The notes under the pieces are model-generated. The model had not been told where the DNA came from and did no database searches. It saw only the letters and a program-made list of their open reading frames with translations. This document shows, piece after piece, positions 62,268-64,000 of a stretch of DNA of 64,000 nt (the stretch's first letter is position 1; every line of letters starts with the position of its first letter). Made by a program: the position numbers and the translations under genes. The stretch spans positions 376,227 through 440,226 of the forward strand of contig NW_003314348.1 in NCBI RefSeq assembly GCF_000143415.4, given 5' to 3'. The DNA is from Selaginella moellendorffii (lineage: Eukaryota > Plantae > Lycopodiophyta).

Positions 62268-64000
62268 TGTAAGCAACTAAATTTTCCATTCTACTTTAGT
62301 CACTTAACCACACCTCTGACCACTTGGAGGAGTCTCATTCACAACCTCCATAAGTCCAATCCAGGACTTGGGACTTGCTAGCCCCGAGAATGGCATCCAT
62401 GCCACTCAACATTTGCACTTGGTCCAAGTGCTCCACGTGTCCGATCCTATGACCGACACTCAAAGGTACCACCGACATGCCCGCCCGTTATGCTAAGGCC
62501 ATGCCCAATCACCTTTGCCACACTGGTAGTCCATTACCACTTGCATCACAGTCTTGGCTCTCCAAGACTAGGCAAACCATCCGTGAGTGGTCATCTAAGA
62601 TCCACTCCTTAGCACCCTTAGGATGCCCACCGACAAGGGGAATAGCCTTCCCCAATATCCCTCTGTCAGTCCCCACTAAGTCCCTTTCTGCCCCTGGCCG
62701 TGTTTGCCAACACTGCCACTGGATCGAGACCCACAAGCCCGACCACTAAGTCCCACAGTCCTCTGGGACTTCCTCACCACACGACTGTGTCCTTGGTCAC
62801 TACCCCAGAGGACTGCTCCTCTTCCTTTACACAGTCTAGGCCTTTGGGACAACATTTCGGAACACCATGGCCTTACGCGAGCCATCTGGGTACTCTCCCC
62901 GCCTTTCGCCTTTAGGTGCTCTAGCCATGGGCTTAGAGCGAGGTTCCGTTGAGCCACGCCTGGTATCCAAGTAGGTAGTGCCACCCACACTTGGACTGGG
63001 AGCATCGGCCAGTCGATCTCCCGGGGGAACTAGAGCCGGCTCTTGAACACTTCACCAAGCTACCCCGCTTGTCGGTCCGTATTCACTCTAGTCTTGGACT
63101 TCCCAGTGGTCAGTTCATCACCCAACACTGGGTCTGGCCTTCCTGGGCCAAACTGGCCTTTCCTGGCCAAATTGGCTCCACTGCAGTCCTCCCCCTACTA
63201 TACTTTTGGAGCTCACCAAACCCCCCAGGGTCTGGGAGACGAACGCTTTGGGCTTTCACCCTCTCAGACTTGGACTCGGACTCGGACTCGGACTCGAACT
63301 CGGACTCAGACTCGGACTCGGACTCGGTCTCGGGCTCAGCCTCGGTCTCGGTCTCGGTCCCAATCTCGGTCTCGGTCTCGGTCTCGGTCTCGACTTCGGA
63401 CTCCATCTCGGGTCCATCTCGGACTCCATCTCAGACTCCATCTTGGACTCCATCTCGGGTCCATCTCGGACTCCATCTCGGGTCCATCTCGGACTCCATT
63501 TCGAGTCCATCTCGAACTCCATCTCGGGTCCATCTCGGACTCCATCTCGGACTCCATTTCGGGTCCATCTCGGGTCCACCTCGGACTCCAACTCGGGTCC
63601 ATCTCAGACTCCACTTCGGACTCCAACTCGAGTCCATCTCGGACTCCACTTCGGACTCCAACTCGGGTCCATCTCGGACTCCACTTCGGACTCCAACTTA
63701 GGTCCATCTCGGACTCCACTTCGGACTCCAACTCGGGTCCATCTCAGACTCCACTTCGGACTCCAACTCGAGTCCATCTCGGACACTTCCACGTGTCATG
63801 TGTTGGTCCTTTTTGGGTCCCTTTTTGGAGCCTCGCTTTTTGCTCGCTTCGTGCTCATTCCTCGAGCACTTCTTTGGGAGTTCCACTCCCACTCTTGACT
63901 TTTCAAGTCGGAGCTTTTGGTCCAAACGTGTTACGCTCGTTTGGCTTTCGCTTCGGCCACTACCACATGGCACCCTTCCGGCTCCACTTTGGGGCCTAGG
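62268..64000. repeat. Family B LTR, inverted relative to 46558-48249; runs off the window end
   Basis: Begins TGTAAGCAACTAA; reverse-complement colinear with 46575-48249, including the hexamer arrays. Confidence 0.9.

Noticed and set aside
46558-64000. The two inverted 1.7-kb repeats as giant TIRs of one ~17-kb element
   Set aside because: Each has its own TG...CA LTR ends, the left has its own near-perfect TSD, they are diverged, and unrelated TE fragments lie between. The true transposon TIRs are the 24-mers at 48250 and 60517.

Overview
Plant nuclear DNA with two 100-N scaffold gaps (7873-7972, 16369-16468). The ~50-60 bp introns, tight gene packing and SS-motif-rich PPR gene suggest a lycophyte such as Selaginella (inference). 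There are three zones. (1) 1-24 kb is a retrotransposon nest. It holds a structurally complete but non-coding 7.2-kb LTR element (549-7792; TSD ATATG, PBS-Met, PPT) with copia-like remnants, two decayed Ty3/gypsy elements, a second nested copy of the first family, and a 162-bp TRIM-like solo LTR. (2) 24.4-46.0 kb is a dense island of 10 host genes: KCR1, PLS-class PPR, an At5g02740-like RRM-fold protein, eIF3a, a GT-A glycosyltransferase-like gene, two hypothetical genes, TOC1, CEK4-like ethanolamine kinase and HCF164. TOC1 and CEK4 share a promoter with an evening element and a perfect ERSE. (3) 46.5-64 kb contains a 1.7-kb solo LTR interrupted 2 bp from its end by the most interesting object here, a 12.3-kb DNA transposon (48250-60517; perfect 24-bp TIRs; 4-bp TSD CTTA). 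It encodes a Sola-like DDE transposase. Divergently, it encodes a large multi-exon accessory protein that by eye reads as ParB/DGQHR-like domain + degenerate N4/N6-type DNA methyltransferase fold + acidic linker + FCP1-like HAD phosphatase. The element carries about 20 copies of a 22-bp palindrome (ATGGCRTGWGGCCWCAYGCCAT) that I saw nowhere else in the window. This suggests a self-recognition or anti-silencing system analogous to ParB/parS or VANC/VANDAL. Domain calls are motif-based and need HMM or structure confirmation.
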